DNA from: Somniosus microcephalus
Lineage: Eukaryota
Direction of reading: 5' to 3'
NCBI GenBank assembly: GCA_052327205.1
Contig: CM126209.1
Coordinates: 37,138,001-37,202,000, forward strand
Length of the DNA stretch: 64,000 bases
Shown here: piece by piece, positions 60,241-64,000 of the stretch
Numbering within the stretch: position 1 is the first letter of the stretch
How the letters are laid out: each line of letters opens with the position of its first letter
Translations under genes and position numbers: made by a program
Notes under the pieces: model-generated
Seen by the model: the letters and a program-made list of their open reading frames with translations, nothing else
Told to the model about the DNA's origin: nothing
Database searches by the model: none

Positions 60241-63200
60241 GAAAGACCAGTGTCCTCTTCCTTACTGTGTGGCTCCTCACTTGAAAGGCTGCAGAAAGAA
60301 AAATTAGCCTGTCAGTGGAACAATTGTGGAAACTTATTTCAATCCATAGGGGAATATTTGCAGTTCCAAATGTGAAAATCATGTTATTTTACAACTGTCA
60401 CAGCAACTGCTCATTAGAACAAAAATGATCTTTGTTTAAGTTATTTCTGTGAAAATTTGCAGAAAAGCAACTTATTAAAAGGATCTACCTTCAAAAAGTA
60501 ACTTCAAACAGTCCTGTATGCTTTTAAAAATATTACTTTAGATATTGGGAAAACTATTCGTTCTATAATTTTTCCATAGTATCACACTTAGAAAGCACAA
60601 ACCCACATACCGTATACGACAGTGAAATGAATCGCAGAAGATTAAAGAGTATAAAGAATTCATAAGCAGTACTTATGTTTTCTTCATTCAGTTTTCCTTT
60701 TTACGTTCTTTCTGCAATGGGGATTTCCAAAAAAAATCTTACTGAAAAGCAAGCTGCACTAAACACAAAAGTGTTTCCTAGGAATTATACTGGTAAAATG
60801 AATGCATACATTTGCGATTTTTCCAGTTGGTATTACAACTGTGAATCCAAAGGGACCCAGTTTCAGTCAATGAGCAGGTCTGTCCTCCAGTACAAGCACA
60901 AGGCATGTGGGATTGCGGCAGCAAACAAAGCTGCACAACCTGAGGAATACACATTCTGACCCGAGTCAACAAATGGGTCAAAATACATCAACACAGCAGC
61001 TCTACATAATAGGAAAAACAACTGATGAAAATAAAAGCAATGTTTGCGAATAAACGCCTGCGATCCGAGATATCTGGCTCCAATCTCTACCGTAAAAAAA
61101 ACTCTACTTAAACCCAATTTAACCCTTTCACTGACACAAAATATTATCTATGTTTGATTATAGAGTTCGAATGAAACAGAATTCCAAAACTGGCTATTCT
61201 CTAAAGTGACCTGACAGTATCAGCTTACGAGTGTAAAATTTAATTTGTTCATACTGCACAATTCTGTCCATGAAAGTTCCGCTGGTGATCAAGAACAAAT
61301 TACACTCAGCTCTAATGTAATGCCTTTCACTTCAGTGGATTCTAATATCCCCAAACACATTTTACTTGCGTGATGGTGACCACACAGAGCAGGTGATCCA
61401 GAATTCAATCAATATACTATTAAAGTGGCACCTGACCATAACACTTTTGATATTCCATGATTTTGGATGGAACACACACTGCTAATGGATCGTACTCTTA
61501 ACAAGAGAAATCTCTCTCCATAACACAACTTTTGTATTCTTGCCAATAAGCAGTGAAAAAAAGTTCTACTCTACATGATTATCATACAAAATGGTATTGT
61601 TTTTTGAAAATGTTTTCTCAAATATCCCTGTTCATTTTGCATTTAATGTATTTAAGTACAAAACCAAAATTTCTCACAGGTATAGAACGTCTTCACATAA
61701 TTAAGTTGTAAACGGCATAATTTTGGTGATAGAAATGACACGAATTCTAATCTTTGCATTTATGCCCAGTGATATTTACTGCAAAATACCATTTGATAGT
61801 TGGTCCTTTCCTGCAACCTAGAATTCATTTCACACTGATCTAACTTCTCACCCAAATGCACCGTCAGCAGACTTTGGACTATAGCTAACTACAGATCCTG
61901 CTTTCCTCATCTTAGAAGTAACAACTTGTATCTATTCTATTTATTGCCTTTCCATTGAAGGCGACATGAAAGTGTAGTGATCACAACTCCAATTCACAAT
62001 TGTATAACTATTTCAACACCGTAAAAACTACTACTTCAGGCTGTAAAAAATGCATGTGCTTTTTTTCTACTTAAGAAACAAACAAACAGATAAATATATG
62101 GAGTAATCTTAAAGATGCTACACATTGTGGCAAGTTTTTAAAACATCACGTTTAGAAAAAGTACTGTACAAGTCTTAAGAAGTACCTGAAGATAATTACA
62201 GCATTAGACATGCAATTTTTCTCCAGAATGTTCACATATTGGCTCCTTGCAGTAATACAGAAATACACAGCAATCCTTAACGGAGTTCCTGACACAGTGA
62301 AAGCTAGACTTTTTTTTGAAAGGGAACTTTGTCTCCCTCCACAGACTACATTGGGGAGGAGCTGTCAAGCTAATCTGATTGATGGCCTCAATGCCACCCG
62401 CTCTTCAAGCCATTTTCACCTCATCACATACCTGCCCAAATTATTCTAAACATGGGAAAGGCAGCTAGGTTGAGAGAAGTACTGCATTCCTTCAAGCCAA
62501 AAAAAACTCTCCATGTACAGTTTGCAAGTGAGCACTTGTTCTACAGTGACTAATGTAATTTAACTTCATAAAGGTTATCGAAGTCATTTTATTATTTTTC
62601 AGCCTCAGCTAATTTTTCTTTTCTGTCCATTACGGCCACCACAATGTAACAGTCAAACAAAACATGAAATAAAAAGATACAATATTTTTGATTTCAAAGA
62701 GATTACATTTAAATGCAATTTTGACATACAATAATTGTCTGCAATCCAACACTGCTTGGTAGAATTACCTTTACTACCACAGCAAGAATATGACCCACGT
62801 TCCCCGCAGCAGGCGTGTGCACAGGATGAATTAAAGTAAGGAATGTGGGCTCCCCTGGGTAGTCTTCTAGAAACAGAGTTGTGCCTGGACTACTTAGATC
62901 CAACTGCCATAGGTCTCTGAGGAAAACTCGACTATTCGGGATCAGTGAAAACATGACCCAAACACACATATCCAACATGCGGCTCTCGCAGAATGAAAAA
63001 GGGTGTCCATTTCTCCAAATAACTTTTTCTTATTAAAAAAAGAGAAGTAAATCACAAGAGATTACTATCGTCCTGATGGTATCTCTGTGAGAAAACAAAG
63101 ACGGCAACAATACAGAATTAAAGCAGATACTGCAGCCCTAGTTCTGGATTCACTTCATTCACAAGCTCGCTGCAATCTTAAAAGCCTTGTGGTGTCTGTA

Positions 63201-64000
63201 AATCTTTTCTCCCCCTCTCTCCCCTCTTTGGTCACTCCCCCCGTTTGTAATCTGAACCTGTTCCTGAACCGCGCTTCATCATCAAACAAGCAGAGCAAAC
63301 TGCCTCTGCCAATCAAATCAGTTTTCAGTAATGTTTAACTCTGGGGGCCTGGCTGTAACTCCTCTACTTCACAGCATGGAGAACTTGGCACACAGTTTGC
63401 TGGCATGTCCCCCAACTCAGTTTAGTCCCAACACATGAACAAACATTTGCAAGACTAGTAGCTGCTGCATTCATATAGCAAAATGAATGCAGTAACAGGA
63501 AGCAATGAAACACTGGGGCATTCACTGACATCTAACTATTAGTACTTCAGAAAGCAGCATTTTGGTTGCACAATGACAAGACAGACAGCATTTTTCCTTT
63601 AACAGCAATTCAGGGAGTTTACTCCTTTAGACTGAAAGGACAGCAATCAATCAACAGCAGCTCATTTGGCTAAATGACTTACCATTAAAGTAAAGCCTGG
63701 CAATTCTTAAAGCGATAGCAATTGCACAATGTGAAAAAAGCAAAAGGAGTGTTCGGAATAAAGAAAAGAATAAAAACAATAACGATCATAGTAAACAATT
63801 CCATCATGAGATATTTTGGGGGAAAAAGCTTATCACAGCAAGCTTGAGGAATCTTTCACAGCAGTTATGTTTTTGAATAGAACCATAATCTATTCACTGA
63901 TTTTGTAAAGTGATTGGCTGCTTTGGAACTCCTTCAAGGTCCTATTGAATACGAATGGTATAGCTAATAAGCCTATTATTGAGCCCCCCAGTGGAGTGTG

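Noticed and set aside
60289-64000. FGFR2 promoter/exon 1 CpG island
   Set aside because: The region is AT-rich without a CpG island; the TSS is presumably just outside the window.

Overview
This is eukaryotic (vertebrate) genomic DNA, most likely from a cartilaginous fish (shark), judged by the CR1/L2 LINE, Deu-domain SINE and MITE content. The window lies inside one minus-strand gene, FGFR2. I traced nine coding exons with GT-AG boundaries and a continuous reading frame: signal peptide, IgI, acid box, IgII (two exons), IgIIIa, the mutually exclusive IIIb and IIIc, and TM/juxtamembrane. The non-coding first exon/promoter (beyond 64000) and the kinase exons (before base 1) are outside the window. 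Much of the mammalian FGFR2 RNA-level control is recognisable: the IAS2/ISAR long-range stem, (U)GCAUG and UGG motifs, the non-canonical GA 5' splice site giving the VT+/- isoforms, and a 19-codon in-frame upstream start overlapped by a uORF. Introns carry truncated CR1/L2 LINEs, SINEs and MITE families with clear TIRs/TSDs. The more novel candidates are a poison-type exon between IIIc and TM, inverted CR1s flanking a stop-free exon 3-6 circle, and MITEs carrying palindromic CRE or RFX X-box motifs (one with a 17-nt micro-inversion). Comparisons to human/mouse are from recalled knowledge, not from a database search.
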